Of a stretch of DNA of 64,000 nucleotides, positions 9,689-19,785 are shown piece by piece. Under the pieces are notes generated by a model. That model was not told the DNA's origin. It saw only the letters and a list, made by a program, of their open reading frames with translations, and searched no databases. Location of the stretch: NCBI GenBank assembly GCA_963664225.1, contig OY760937.1:3232001-3296000 (forward strand), in the 5' to 3' direction. The position numbers and the translations under genes are program-made. Positions within the stretch are counted from its first letter, which is position 1. Each line of letters begins with the position of its first letter. This DNA comes from Verrucomicrobiia bacterium (GTDB lineage Bacteria; Verrucomicrobiota; Verrucomicrobiia; Limisphaerales; UBA1319).

Positions 9689-10691
9689 GGGCTCAGGACA
9701 AAGTTCTCCAGCAACCAGAAAAAGACCAAAAAATGTCAATGGAGTATATAGGGTGACCGGTGTCTTCGGAGCGCCGGTCTCCTGACCGGCTTACGGTGTT
9801 CTCGAACCCAACGTTTTCAAATGCCCCGCGATTCCCGCACGCCGGTGTCTTCGGAGCGCCGGTCTCCTGACCGGCTTACGGTGTTCTCGAACCCAACGTT
9901 TTCAAATGCCCCGCGAACCCCGCACGCCGGTGTCTTCGGAGCGCCGGTCTCCTGACCGGCTTACGGTGCTCTCAAACCCAACGTTTTCAAATGCCCCGCG
10001 AACCCCGCACGCCGGTGTCTTCGGAGCGCCGGTCTCCTGACCGGCTTACGGTGCTCTCAAACCCAACGTTTTTAAATGCCCCGCGAACCCCGCACGCCGG
10101 TGTCTTCGGAGCGCCGGTCTCCTGACCGGCTTACGGTGTTCTCAAACCCAACGTTTTCAAATGCCCCGCGAACCCCGCACGCCGGTGTCTTCGGAGCGCC
10201 GGTCTCCAGACCGGCTTACGGTGTTCTCAAACCCAACGTTTTCAATGCCCCGCGAACCCCGCACGCCGGTGTCTTCGGAGCGCCGGTCTCCTGACCGGCT
10301 TACGGTGCTCTCAAACCCAACGTTTTTAAATGCCCCGCGAACCCCGCACGCCGGTGTCTTCGGAGCGCCGGTCTCCTGACCGGCTTACGGTGCTCTCAAA
10401 CCCAACGTTTTTAAATGCCCCGCGAACCCCGCACGCCGGTGTCTTCGGAGCGCCGGTCTCCTGACCGGCTTACGGTGTTCTCGAACCCAACGTTTTCAAA
10501 TGCCCCGCGAACCCCGCACGCCGGTGTCTTCGGAGCGCCGGTCTCCTGACCGGCTTACGGTGTTCTCGAACCCAACGTTTTCAAATGCCCCGCGATTTCC
10601 GCATGCTGGTTCAGTCGTTGCCGCAAAACCGATTTAAATTCAGCGCACGGCCATGGCTCTTTTCCACACTCCTGGATTTTGTCATGCTCCC
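9689..10691 (+). mobile_element. MITE-like element, copy B, carrying 85-bp array 1
   Basis: Left TIR gggctcaggacaaa plus leader (aagaccaaaaaat...ggagtatata); trailer ttttccacactcctg...tttgtcatgctccc. No matching TSD was seen. Confidence 0.7.
9756..10604 (+). repeat. Tandem array 1: 10 copies of an 85-bp hairpin-rich unit
   Basis: Unit gccggtgtcttcggagcgccggtctcctgaccggcttacggtgttctcgaacccaacgttttcaaatgccccgcgaaccccgcac; starts at 9756, 9841, 9926...10520. Confidence 0.97.
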
Positions 10692-11542
10692 TTGACCCAC
10701 CGCGCGCGGATTTTCTGCTCCACGTCCTCCTGGAACTTGCGAATGTAACCGGTGACGTATTGAGCCGGATCCAGGCTGGCGTCACTGACCAGGGGCGTGA
10801 GGTCCATGGCAAACGTCAGGTGCGTGGCCTGGTCCACACCATGGGGTTCCAGGAAGGTGGCGTTGGCGCGTCGCCGGCCCAGAACGGCCAGATCATAACG
10901 TTTGCCGCCGGAGATTTGCGAATCGAACACCCCGGAAAGCGCGGCCGAGAGATTCTCCCGCGCGCTGACATCGAGCAGGACCTTGTCGGCATCGTGCAGC
11001 CAGTCGAGCGCGCGCCAGATTTCGCAGCCATATACTTTCCCCGGGCGCTGCCCGGCGGGAAGCGCGCGCAGGGCCTGAACCACGGCGGCGGCCACGGCCA
11101 CATGCGTTTCGTGCTTGTCGGCCAGGTTATGCGTATAGACCACGGAGGGACGGGCTGCGGAGAAAATCGCGATGAGATCGTTCTTCAAGGCGGCATTGGT
11201 GGCGTCCTTCAATTCCGCGCTGGAGTAGTCGAGCTGGAGCATCGCCGCGTAATCGCCGATCTGGGCGGCGTCCCGCTGCTCCCGGCGTCGCACCACCTGC
11301 ATCTGCGCGTCGGTAAAATCCGCATACGGCCCGATGCGGGAACTGCCCGCGCCATTGGTGCAGGTGACCCCCGCGAAACGGGCTTCCGTCTTGCGGTAGC
11401 AGGCCAGAATGCCGTGAATCGCCATGAACTCGAGATCGTCCTGGTGGGCTCCCACGCCAAGATGCGTGGCGCGGTTCAGCGCCTGGGGAAACGGAGCGCC
11501 GTCCGGCGCGTAAAGATCCGCTGTCGCATGATATAATTTCAT
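10682..11542 (-). CDS. PIG-L/LmbE-family deacetylase
   Basis: GAHQDDLE, RRREQRDAA, VYTHNLADKHETH. Confidence 0.88.
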   Translation of the reverse strand: MKLYHATADLYAPDGAPFPQALNRATHLGVGAHQDDLEFMAIHGILACYRKTEARFAGVTCTNGAGSSRIGPYADFTDAQMQVVRRREQRDAAQIGDYAAMLQLDYSSAELKDATNAALKNDLIAIFSAARPSVVYTHNLADKHETHVAVAAAVVQALRALPAGQRPGKVYGCEIWRALDWLHDADKVLLDVSARENLSAALSGVFDSQISGGKRYDLAVLGRRRANATFLEPHGVDQATHLTFAMDLTPLVSDASLDPAQYVTGYIRKFQEDVEQKIRARWVKGA

Positions 11543-12981
11543 GATTTTAAAATTCTCGGATTTCCATTCTGATGGCTGATGGGCGGGAGGCTCGCGGCGG
11601 CGAAGGCCTGGCCCACGCGCCTGCTGCGTTCATCGGGCACCACCAGCGCCACGCGATCCTTAAACTCGGGAAACGCCTTGTCAAGCACCGCTCTCGCCTT
11701 GGCGATGATGACGTCCCCGCCGGCCCCGGAGGTCACCCGGCCCAGAACCAGCAGATTGTCGAATTCATAGAATCCGGCGTAAAGCGGGATCGTGTAGCCA
11801 AGATACACGCCGATGGTTTCGTAGATTTTTTGCGCCGCCGGATTTCCCCGCTCCATCAGTTGCTGCACCTCCTTGAGGCGTTCGGGCAATCCCATTTCCG
11901 CCGGGAACGTGAGTCCTGCGGCCGGCGCGAGCTTGTTGACCGCCTGCTGGGAGAAATACTGCGCCCCCACCCCCGCGTCGCCGGACCATTCGTCCACAGC
12001 CGCCCCGGGATTCAAATCCACGGGCGCAAAGGCCAGTTCGGTGAGCCGGCCCGTCAGATAGCCCCGGCGGTCCAGGTATCCGGCGGCCTCGCTCGATCCC
12101 ATCGCCACGCCAAGCACGCCGTGTTTTTCCAGCGACATCGCCCCGGCCAGCGCCGTGACATCGCCGTCATTGAGCACTTCCAGGGGGACATTCCACTGCT
12201 TCCGCAATTGCAGAAACATGGGGCGCACGCTGCGGTCGAATTCGGTCTGCGGCACCGCACGGAAAAGGGAGGCCGCCATGATCTGGTTGTCGATGATCAC
12301 GCCGGCGGAACTCCCGCCAATGGCATCGACGCGGGGAAGGTGCTCCGCGGCGGTTTTCAGCCCCTGGTTGATGAGCTTGTAGTGGTATTGGGGATCGGCC
12401 TGATCACGCGGATTCCATGGAATTTCAGCGCTGAACACCAATTCGCCATTCTTCACGGCAGCCAGTTTGTAATCGCTGGCCCCAAGATCGAAACCGATGC
12501 GGCATCCGTCCAGATGACCGCCGAGCAAAAGCCCGGATTCCCTGGCTTCGGGCACGTCGTGCGGCGCCACCAGGGCGGTGGTAAACACCCGCTGGTAGGC
12601 CCGGGACATGAATTCCGCGTCGAACCCCCGCGCGCCCCCGATGCGGTAGGCCGCCAGGATGGGATCGCAATAGGCTGCGGGACCGGACAGGGTCAGACTC
12701 CAGCCGCCCCAGGCCCAGAGGAGGAATTTGACAACCCGTTCAATGAGGCGCGCCACTTCCGCGTCGTTCGCGGTTCCCGGAGGCGGGGTTTCCAATTCGT
12801 AACGGCTGACCATTTCCCCGGCGCGCTCGACAGCGATGATGACACGCTCGCGGCCCGGCAGGTCGCGAACCGCGTTGCGGAGGTTGTTCAACCCCAAAAT
12901 CATGGGTCGAAACCCGGCATCCAGCGGAGCGCCAACGGCGGGCGTCCCCAATTTTATATATGGCAAATGCGATTTATCCAT
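11539..12981 (-). CDS. ROK-family protein (sugar kinase or regulator) with N-terminal extension
   Basis: IGFDLGASDYK, IGGSSAG, LNDGDVTALAG, GSSEAAGY; translationally coupled to the PIG-L gene. Start inferred. Confidence 0.85.
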   Translation of the reverse strand: MDKSHLPYIKLGTPAVGAPLDAGFRPMILGLNNLRNAVRDLPGRERVIIAVERAGEMVSRYELETPPPGTANDAEVARLIERVVKFLLWAWGGWSLTLSGPAAYCDPILAAYRIGGARGFDAEFMSRAYQRVFTTALVAPHDVPEARESGLLLGGHLDGCRIGFDLGASDYKLAAVKNGELVFSAEIPWNPRDQADPQYHYKLINQGLKTAAEHLPRVDAIGGSSAGVIIDNQIMAASLFRAVPQTEFDRSVRPMFLQLRKQWNVPLEVLNDGDVTALAGAMSLEKHGVLGVAMGSSEAAGYLDRRGYLTGRLTELAFAPVDLNPGAAVDEWSGDAGVGAQYFSQQAVNKLAPAAGLTFPAEMGLPERLKEVQQLMERGNPAAQKIYETIGVYLGYTIPLYAGFYEFDNLLVLGRVTSGAGGDVIIAKARAVLDKAFPEFKDRVALVVPDERSRRVGQAFAAASLPPISHQNGNPRILKS

Positions 12982-13264
12982 GGTGGATTTAATCCTTGAA
13001 GGCCTCGCATCGCGGCAATGTCCATGCGCATGAACATCCGCATGCAAGGCTTTCAATTCTCACACTTACCCTTTGAAACTTCTTTTGGCGAGAAAGAAAA
13101 AATGACTTCCGACAGGCCTGTCTGCGGGTTCCATTCGGGGCCGGGTTGACACGCCCGATCAAGTCATTAAAGTCGGCGTTGACGCCTGCGGTTTTGAGGG
13201 CGGCGCCGCAGTGCGGAAACCTTGGAATGTTTGAAAACACCAAAGCAGGAACAGGAGCCATGAA

Positions 13265-13816
13265 ATGAACGATTTACCGGCCAAACCCGGCAACCAGGCC
13301 CGCGGGACGGACTTGGGCAATTCCGCCGCGTTATGGAAGCTGCTCTGGGATTTCGATCCCAATGGATTGCTCGTGCTCGATGACGCGATGCGCATCATCC
13401 TGGTCAATCCCGCCATGTGCCAGATGTTGAAAACGAAGCGCGAACGGCTTGTGGGCGAGCTGGCCATCGATTTCCTGGACGACATTTCCGATTTCGAGCA
13501 CGCCTTTGTCACGCAGGAGGAAGTGGTGGGACCGGAGGCGTCCTATCCCCGTTTCGATCTCTACGCCCGGAAGGTGATTTTTCCCGTTCCGAACGAGAAG
13601 GTGGTTGCCGGCATTTTTGTCGATCTGACACACGAATGGAAACAACAGAGCCAGCTCGAGGTGTTGCGCTCCCGGACGGCGCAGGAAGTCCGCAATGTGG
13701 TCGATAAGCAAATGCGGGTGGCCCAGGAGATCGCCGGCCTGCTGGGCGAAACGACCGCGGAGACCAAGGTAAGTCTGCTCCGCCTGCTGGACCTGCTGCG
13801 CCCGGATCATGAGTGA
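13265..13816 (+). CDS. Stand-alone PAS-domain protein with a HydS/HfsB-like C-terminal helix
   Basis: PNGLLVLD...VNPAMCQM (PAS) and tail VVDKQMRVAQEIAGLLGETTAETKVSL. Confidence 0.8.
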   Translation: MNDLPAKPGNQARGTDLGNSAALWKLLWDFDPNGLLVLDDAMRIILVNPAMCQMLKTKRERLVGELAIDFLDDISDFEHAFVTQEEVVGPEASYPRFDLYARKVIFPVPNEKVVAGIFVDLTHEWKQQSQLEVLRSRTAQEVRNVVDKQMRVAQEIAGLLGETTAETKVSLLRLLDLLRPDHE

Positions 13817-14978
13817 GAAACCCATATTTTACGAGGTTTTTCCCCTCAGCCTGAAGCGCCAGGGAGAGGAAGTCTGCGGGGACCAGGTCAAGCTGTTCCG
13901 CACGCGCGAAAAGACCATCATGGTTTTATCGGACGGCCTGGGCAGCGGCATCAAGGCGACCATTCTGGCCCGGCTCACCACTGAAATCATCGTCACCATG
14001 CTGCGGGCCGGGGCTCCGTTGGACGAGGTCATTCAAACGATCGTGGGCACCCTGCCGACCTGTCGCGAGCGCGGTCTCGCCTACGCCACGTTTGTCATTC
14101 TTCAAATCCAGCACGCGAATGGGCGGTTCACCCTCGTCAGTTTCGACAGCCCGCCGCCCATACTCTTGCGCCGCCGCCAGCCGCGGCTCCTGGAATCCCG
14201 ATGCGAAACGTTGTCCGGCAAATCCCTGTGCTTCAGCGAAGGGGTTCTGGAGAGCGGGGACTTCCTGGGATTAATGAGCGACGGTGTCTTGTACGCCGAT
14301 AAAGTCCCCACGATGAACCAGGGCTGGGGCTGGTTCGAAATCGCGGCCTGCCTTTCAAAAACGGCCCGCAACGGCATGAGCTCCGCCGAACGCCTCGTGC
14401 AGGCGGTGATGAATGAGACCCAAAAACGATACGGCGCGGCCGTTGGGGACGATGCCACTTTCGTTGGCGTTCTGGCCCGGAAACCCCGTCGGCTCGCCGT
14501 TTTCACTGGTCCGCCCACCGATAAAAGCCGGGACGCGGCCTGTGTGGAAAGGCTGTTGCAGTTTGAGGGCCGGCGCGTGGTCTGCGGCGGAACCACCGGC
14601 AATATCGTCGCGGAATATTTGGGCGAGGTCATTCACACCGATGAAAGCACCGCGCGGGAGGGCATTCCACCCGTGGGCGATCTGCCCGAAGTTGACTTGA
14701 TCACGGAAGGCATCCTCACCATGGCCCGGACTCTGGAACTGCTTAAAGACAGCGGCGGCAGCGCGAGCCATCTCCCCGTGGACCGCAATGGTGCCGTCCT
14801 CCTGGCGCGCAAACTTCTCCAGGCGGATTCGATTCTGTTCCTGGCGGGTGAAAGCGTGAATCCCTTTTATCAGAACCCGCAGTTGCCCCGCAGCATTTCC
14901 ATCCGGCGAAGCCTGGTGACCCAGTTGGCGGAGGCGCTCATTCGCTTCCAAAAAGAGGTGACGGTCGAGTGGCTGTAG
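13809..14978 (+). CDS. SpoIIE/PP2C-type Ser/Thr phosphatase (HfsC-like)
   Basis: CGD, VLSDGLGSG, LMSDGV, GDDATF, FTGPP, VVCGGTT; overlaps the PAS gene. Confidence 0.88.
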   Translation: MSEKPIFYEVFPLSLKRQGEEVCGDQVKLFRTREKTIMVLSDGLGSGIKATILARLTTEIIVTMLRAGAPLDEVIQTIVGTLPTCRERGLAYATFVILQIQHANGRFTLVSFDSPPPILLRRRQPRLLESRCETLSGKSLCFSEGVLESGDFLGLMSDGVLYADKVPTMNQGWGWFEIAACLSKTARNGMSSAERLVQAVMNETQKRYGAAVGDDATFVGVLARKPRRLAVFTGPPTDKSRDAACVERLLQFEGRRVVCGGTTGNIVAEYLGEVIHTDESTAREGIPPVGDLPEVDLITEGILTMARTLELLKDSGGSASHLPVDRNGAVLLARKLLQADSILFLAGESVNPFYQNPQLPRSISIRRSLVTQLAEALIRFQKEVTVEWL

Positions 14979-15166
14979 AAATCCGCTCGCCGCATTGTCA
15001 CTGCGAATGGGACAGACATTTCACCGCATGAACCTTTGAAAACGACTGCTATAAATATCGCAAACCAGCAGGCTCGACTCGTGTTCGACGCAAAGGTGAA
15101 CCCGAGTCGGCCGCAGGGATAATCCAACGACTTTCATTCCATGGAAGATCGAGGGATCGCAAAACT

Positions 15167-16603
15167 GGGGCTGTAAAAATAATTGTGTAAGTGGCCTGAG
15201 AGAGATGAAAGGATTAACGACATGGCCATTACCGATGAAGTGCTAAACGAACTGCTTAAAGATTATCAGAAGCCCGAAGATTTATTGGGCAAGGATGGGA
15301 TCTTCAAGCAACTGCAGAAGCGGCTGCTGGAGAAGGCAATGGGAGCGGAGTTGACGGTACATTTGGGTTACGACAAGCATGACCCGGCGGGCCGCAACTC
15401 GGGCAACTCGCGCAACGGCACCAGTCCCAAGACCCTCAAGGGAGAGTTTGGTCACCTGGAGCTGGCGACGCCCCGGGATCGCAACGGAACCTTTGAGCCG
15501 CTGATCGTGGCCAAGGGGCAACGCCGGTTCGAGGGATTTGACCAAGCGATCCTCAGTCTGTATTCGCGTGGCATGACGACGCGGGAGATTGAAGGGCACC
15601 TGTTGGACATATACGGGGTGGAGGTGTCGCCGACTCTGGTCTCGCAAGTGACCGAGGCGGTGTGCGCTGATGTGAAGGTCTGGCAGGACCGACCACTGGA
15701 GGAAGTTTACCCCATTGTCTATTTTGATGCGCTCTGGGGCAAGGTGCGGCAGGACGGTCAGGTGGCCAAGGTGGCGGTGTATCTGGCGCTGGGGATCACG
15801 ATGACCGGGCAGAAGGAGGTTCTGGGCATGTGGGCGGCTCACAGTGAGGGGGCCAAGTTTTGGCTGCATGTGCTGACGGAGCTTAAAAACCGGGGAGTAA
15901 AGGACATCTTTATTGGCTGCGTGGATGGGATTAAAGGCTTCCCTGAAGCGATGGAAACGGTCTTTCCGGCGACCCAGGTGCAGCTCTGCCTGGTGCACAT
16001 GGTGCGTAATTCGCTCAGCTACGTGGGATGGAAGGAGCGCAAAGCGGTGGCCGCCGATTTGAAGGCGATTTATCGGGCGGCGACGGTGGCCCAGGCCGAG
16101 CAGGCGCTGGAGGCTTTTGCCCAAAAGTGGGACAAAAAATACCCATCGATCAGCAAGAGTTGGCGGGCGCACTGGCCGGAACTGATCACGTTTTTGAAGT
16201 ATCCTGAAGAGATCCGCAAAGCCATTTATACGACCAATGCGATTGAGTCGGTGAACCGATCGCTGCGTAAAATCACCAAGAATCGGGGCGTTTTTCCAAA
16301 CGAGGAATCCCTGCTCAAACTCTATTATCTGGCGCTGGAACGGGCGGCCAAAAAGTGGACCATGCCCATCCACAATTGGGGCCAGGCGCTGAACCGATTT
16401 GCCATTGAATTTGGGGACCGGATGCCCCAGTTGGCTTGAGCCGCCATGAAAACTGGATACGCAAGCCCATTTAACCGCAGGGGGCGCGAGCTAAGGCTCA
16501 AAGCTCGCCCCCTGCTGGTTCTATCTCGCTGCGAAAACGCAGGGAGTCATAACAACAAAAAACAAAACTAAAAAATCACTTACACAGTTTTCTTTACAAA
16601 ACC
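15167..16603 (+). mobile_element. Complete IS256-family element with 27-bp imperfect TIRs and an 8-bp TSD (GCAAAACT)
   Basis: IRL ggggctgtaaaaataattgtgtaagtg; IRR cacttacacagttttctttacaaaacc; gcaaaact at 15159-15166 and 16604-16611. Confidence 0.93.
15222..16439 (+). CDS. IS256-family (Mutator-like) transposase
   Basis: NSRNG, PRDRNGTFEP, YPIVYFDA, ELKNRGVKDI, QLCLVHMVRNS, IYTTNAIES. Confidence 0.97.
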   Translation: MAITDEVLNELLKDYQKPEDLLGKDGIFKQLQKRLLEKAMGAELTVHLGYDKHDPAGRNSGNSRNGTSPKTLKGEFGHLELATPRDRNGTFEPLIVAKGQRRFEGFDQAILSLYSRGMTTREIEGHLLDIYGVEVSPTLVSQVTEAVCADVKVWQDRPLEEVYPIVYFDALWGKVRQDGQVAKVAVYLALGITMTGQKEVLGMWAAHSEGAKFWLHVLTELKNRGVKDIFIGCVDGIKGFPEAMETVFPATQVQLCLVHMVRNSLSYVGWKERKAVAADLKAIYRAATVAQAEQALEAFAQKWDKKYPSISKSWRAHWPELITFLKYPEEIRKAIYTTNAIESVNRSLRKITKNRGVFPNEESLLKLYYLALERAAKKWTMPIHNWGQALNRFAIEFGDRMPQLA

Positions 16604-16657
16604 GCAAAACTGGATTAAACTGGCAAAATCGTCCAGTTTGTGATACTGATTTCCACT

Positions 16658-19468
16658 GTGAAGCCACCAGGTGAAGTACCCCCGGCCAACCTTGGGCCAC
16701 CTTATCGGCGGCCGTTTGAAGAGGTGCTCGCCTCATTTGGCACGGACCCGCAGCGCGGGCTGAGCGATGCCGAGGCCCGGGCCCGACTCGGGCAATATGG
16801 GCGCAACGAGTTGGCTACCGAAAAACGGGTGCCGGGCTGGAGGAAATTCCTCGCGCAGTTCGGCGATGTGCTTGTCATCCTGCTGCTCGTAGCCGCCGCC
16901 ATCTCCGCCGCCCTCTGGCTGGCGGAACGCAAATCATCCCTGCCCTACGAATCGATCGCCATCATGGCCGTCGTGCTCCTCAACGCGATCATGGGCTACA
17001 TTCAGGAATCCCGCGCGGAATCGGCCCTGGCTGCGTTGCGCCAGATGGCCGCGGCGCGCGCGAACGTCATGCGCGATGGCGAGCGGCGCAGTATTCCGGC
17101 CGCTGAGATTGTCCCCGGCGACCTCATCCTCATCGAGGAAGGGGACACCGTTCCAGCCGATGCGCGCCTGATCCAATCTTCAGTGCTCCAGACGGCGGAA
17201 TCAGCTCTGACGGGTGAAAGCCTGCCCGTTTTCAAGGAGATCGATCCTGTGCCTGGCGAGGCCGGGGTGGGGGACCGCCTCAACATGGTCTTCAGCGGCA
17301 CGGCGGCGACTTACGGGCGCGGCAGTGCGGTGGTCACGGCCACCGGAATGCAAACCGAAATGGGGCGCATCGCCGTCATGTTGAAATCGGCTCCCAACGA
17401 AACCACACCCCTGCAAAAGGAGCTCGCCAGGGTCGGCAGGCGGCTGGGCCTTGTCGTCATTGCCATCGCCGCGGTGATGAGCGTCACAATAATTCTCGTG
17501 GAACACGTCCGCGGCCTTTCCGCCCTGTTCGATGTCCTCATCCTCGGGGTCGCGCTGGCCGTCGCAGCCGTCCCGGAAGGCTTGCCGGCGGTGGTGACCG
17601 CCGTGCTGGCCCTGGGTGTCCAGCGCATGGCCAGGCGCAAGGCCATCGTGCGCCACCTCGCGGCGGTCGAAACCCTCGGTTCGGCCAGTGTCATCGCCTC
17701 CGATAAAACCGGCACCCTCACCAAAAACGAAATGACCGTGCGCGCCGCGGTCACCGCCAGCGGGCGCGTGAGCTTCTCGGGCACGGGTTACACCCCGGAG
17801 GGTGAAATCCAGGTGGAAGGCGGTTCCCCGTTGGAAGGCGCGCTCCGCGTGGAATTGCGCCGCGTGCTGACCGTGGCGGACCGCGCCAGCAACGCCGTGC
17901 TCCAGGAGCACGACGGACGCTGGTCCGTCCAGGGCGACCCCACCGAGGGCGCTCTCCTGGTCGCAGCCCGCAAAGCCGGGCTTGAGGATGAAACACTCGA
18001 CGCGCGTTTCGAACGCGTCGCCGAAATCCCTTTCTCCTCAGCGCGGAAGCTCATGAGCACCATCCACACGGACTCCGACCAGCAGGAGCGTTTGCTCGTC
18101 TTTACCAAGGGCGCGCCGGATGTGCTCGTTTCGCGCTGTTCCCAGGAATTTGCAGGCGAGGAGGTCCGGCCTTTGAGCGACCAGCGGCGCGCGGAGATTT
18201 TGCAGGCCAATGACGATCTTGCCGGCCAGGCGCTGCGCACGCTGGGCGTTGCCGCGCGCATTTTGCCCGCCAATGCCCTCGAACACGAGCAGGCGGATGA
18301 GCATCTGGAACACAAGCTGATCTTCCTGGGCCTGATCGGCATGATCGATCCGCCTCGCGAGGAGGCGAAAATCGCCGTCGCTCGCGCCAAAAGCGCTGGC
18401 ATTCGCCCGATTATGATCACCGGCGATCATCCCAAAACCGCCGCGATCATTGCCACCGAACTGGGCATCTGCTCGGACGGGCGTGTCATTACGGGCGCAG
18501 AGTTGGAGAAAATGTCGGATGAGGCCCTCGCCTTGAAGGTGCCGGATGTCTCGGTTTTCGCCAGGGTCAATCCCGAACACAAGCTGCGCATTGTCAAGGC
18601 CCTGCAAGCCAGCGGCGCGGTCGTGGCGATGACCGGAGACGGGGTCAACGACGCCCCGGCCCTTAAAACTGCGGACATCGGCATCGCCATGGGCATTACG
18701 GGCACCGATGTCTCGAAAGAAGCCGCTGACGTGGTGCTGATGGACGACAACTTCGCAACAATCGTGGCGGCGGTTGAGGAAGGACGCGCCATCTTTGACA
18801 ACATCCGCAAGTTTCTCCGCTATCTGCTCTCTTCGAACATGGGCGAAGTTTTGACCATGTTCTTTGGCGTCCTCCTGGCAAATAAAATCGGTCTGCACGC
18901 CGAAAGCGGCAAGCTGATGCTTCCGCTCCTGGCCACGCAGCTTCTGTGGATCAACCTGGTGACGGACGGCGCGCCGGCACTCGCCCTGGGCGTCGATCCC
19001 GCGGACGACGGACTGATGAACCGCCCGCCGCGCCCGCCGGGTCAGGGTGTCATCACAGGCCGGATGTGGGCGGAAATCTTTTTCATTGGCGCGATTATTG
19101 CCACAGGCGCGCTGCTGGTGCTTGATGCCTCCCTGCCCGGGGGCGCGATCGAAGGTACGGGCAGCGTGCGCTACGCCCAGACAATGGTTTTTACCACCCT
19201 GGTATTCTCTTCGCTCCTCACTGTGTTCGTGGTGCGCACTCCGGAGAAAAGCGCGTTCCACGGTTTCTTCCGAAATCGCTGGTTGTGGGCCACGCTTGGC
19301 CTGTCCCTCGCGCTTCAGGTGGCCGTGATTTACGTTCCTTTTCTTCAAAAGGGTTTTTCGACCGTCAGTCTGAGTCTTGCGGATTGGTCCCTATGCGCCC
19401 TGGTCTCCAGTTCGTTGTTGTGGCTGAGCGAATTGGCCAAGATCATCCTCCGCAAAACCGCGAAATAA
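16658..19468 (+). CDS. Cation-transporting P-type ATPase (Ca2+-type, P2A-like)
   Basis: LTGES, VPEGL, SDKTGTLT, KGAPD, MITGDH, MTGDGVNDAPAL. Start uncertain (16640 or 16658). Confidence 0.95.
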   Translation: MKPPGEVPPANLGPPYRRPFEEVLASFGTDPQRGLSDAEARARLGQYGRNELATEKRVPGWRKFLAQFGDVLVILLLVAAAISAALWLAERKSSLPYESIAIMAVVLLNAIMGYIQESRAESALAALRQMAAARANVMRDGERRSIPAAEIVPGDLILIEEGDTVPADARLIQSSVLQTAESALTGESLPVFKEIDPVPGEAGVGDRLNMVFSGTAATYGRGSAVVTATGMQTEMGRIAVMLKSAPNETTPLQKELARVGRRLGLVVIAIAAVMSVTIILVEHVRGLSALFDVLILGVALAVAAVPEGLPAVVTAVLALGVQRMARRKAIVRHLAAVETLGSASVIASDKTGTLTKNEMTVRAAVTASGRVSFSGTGYTPEGEIQVEGGSPLEGALRVELRRVLTVADRASNAVLQEHDGRWSVQGDPTEGALLVAARKAGLEDETLDARFERVAEIPFSSARKLMSTIHTDSDQQERLLVFTKGAPDVLVSRCSQEFAGEEVRPLSDQRRAEILQANDDLAGQALRTLGVAARILPANALEHEQADEHLEHKLIFLGLIGMIDPPREEAKIAVARAKSAGIRPIMITGDHPKTAAIIATELGICSDGRVITGAELEKMSDEALALKVPDVSVFARVNPEHKLRIVKALQASGAVVAMTGDGVNDAPALKTADIGIAMGITGTDVSKEAADVVLMDDNFATIVAAVEEGRAIFDNIRKFLRYLLSSNMGEVLTMFFGVLLANKIGLHAESGKLMLPLLATQLLWINLVTDGAPALALGVDPADDGLMNRPPRPPGQGVITGRMWAEIFFIGAIIATGALLVLDASLPGGAIEGTGSVRYAQTMVFTTLVFSSLLTVFVVRTPEKSAFHGFFRNRWLWATLGLSLALQVAVIYVPFLQKGFSTVSLSLADWSLCALVSSSLLWLSELAKIILRKTAK

Positions 19469-19785
19469 AAACCGTCCCCTCCGGGACGCCGCTTCCGGGC
19501 GCCATTGTTTCCGAAAATCCGCCATCCGCCTCCTGTTTCATGCCTCCACGCCATCCCTGCTTTAGGGGATACCGCCAGTCCGCACTTTCAGGCTATCCTG
19601 ACGAGAATAGATATGATAATCAGGCTCCGAACGATGAATCGCATTCCAAAGTCCGCCTGGCTGATTCGAATTGGAGATTGGATGGCCAATACCGCCAATA
19701 CCGCCAATACCGGCGTCATTGAATGGCGCGGGTAATAGCGAATCCATGCTCCGGCCCGGTGGACGAATGCAATAATCAAGGAACC

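Noticed and set aside
10076..10379. Short ORFs inside or overlapping the arrays (also 39611-39814, 41261-41455, 60960-61226)
   Set aside because: By-products of an 85-bp period that is not a multiple of 3 and has recurring stops; no RBS or protein-like features.
15167..16603. This IS256 as the mobiliser of the MITE family
   Set aside because: Its TIRs (GGGGCTGTAAAA / GGTTTTGTAAAG) and 8-bp TSD do not match GGGTGCAKGACA with a 9-bp TSD.
19685..19712. Three copies of the 9-mer gccaatacc
   Set aside because: A short intergenic microsatellite with no supporting context.
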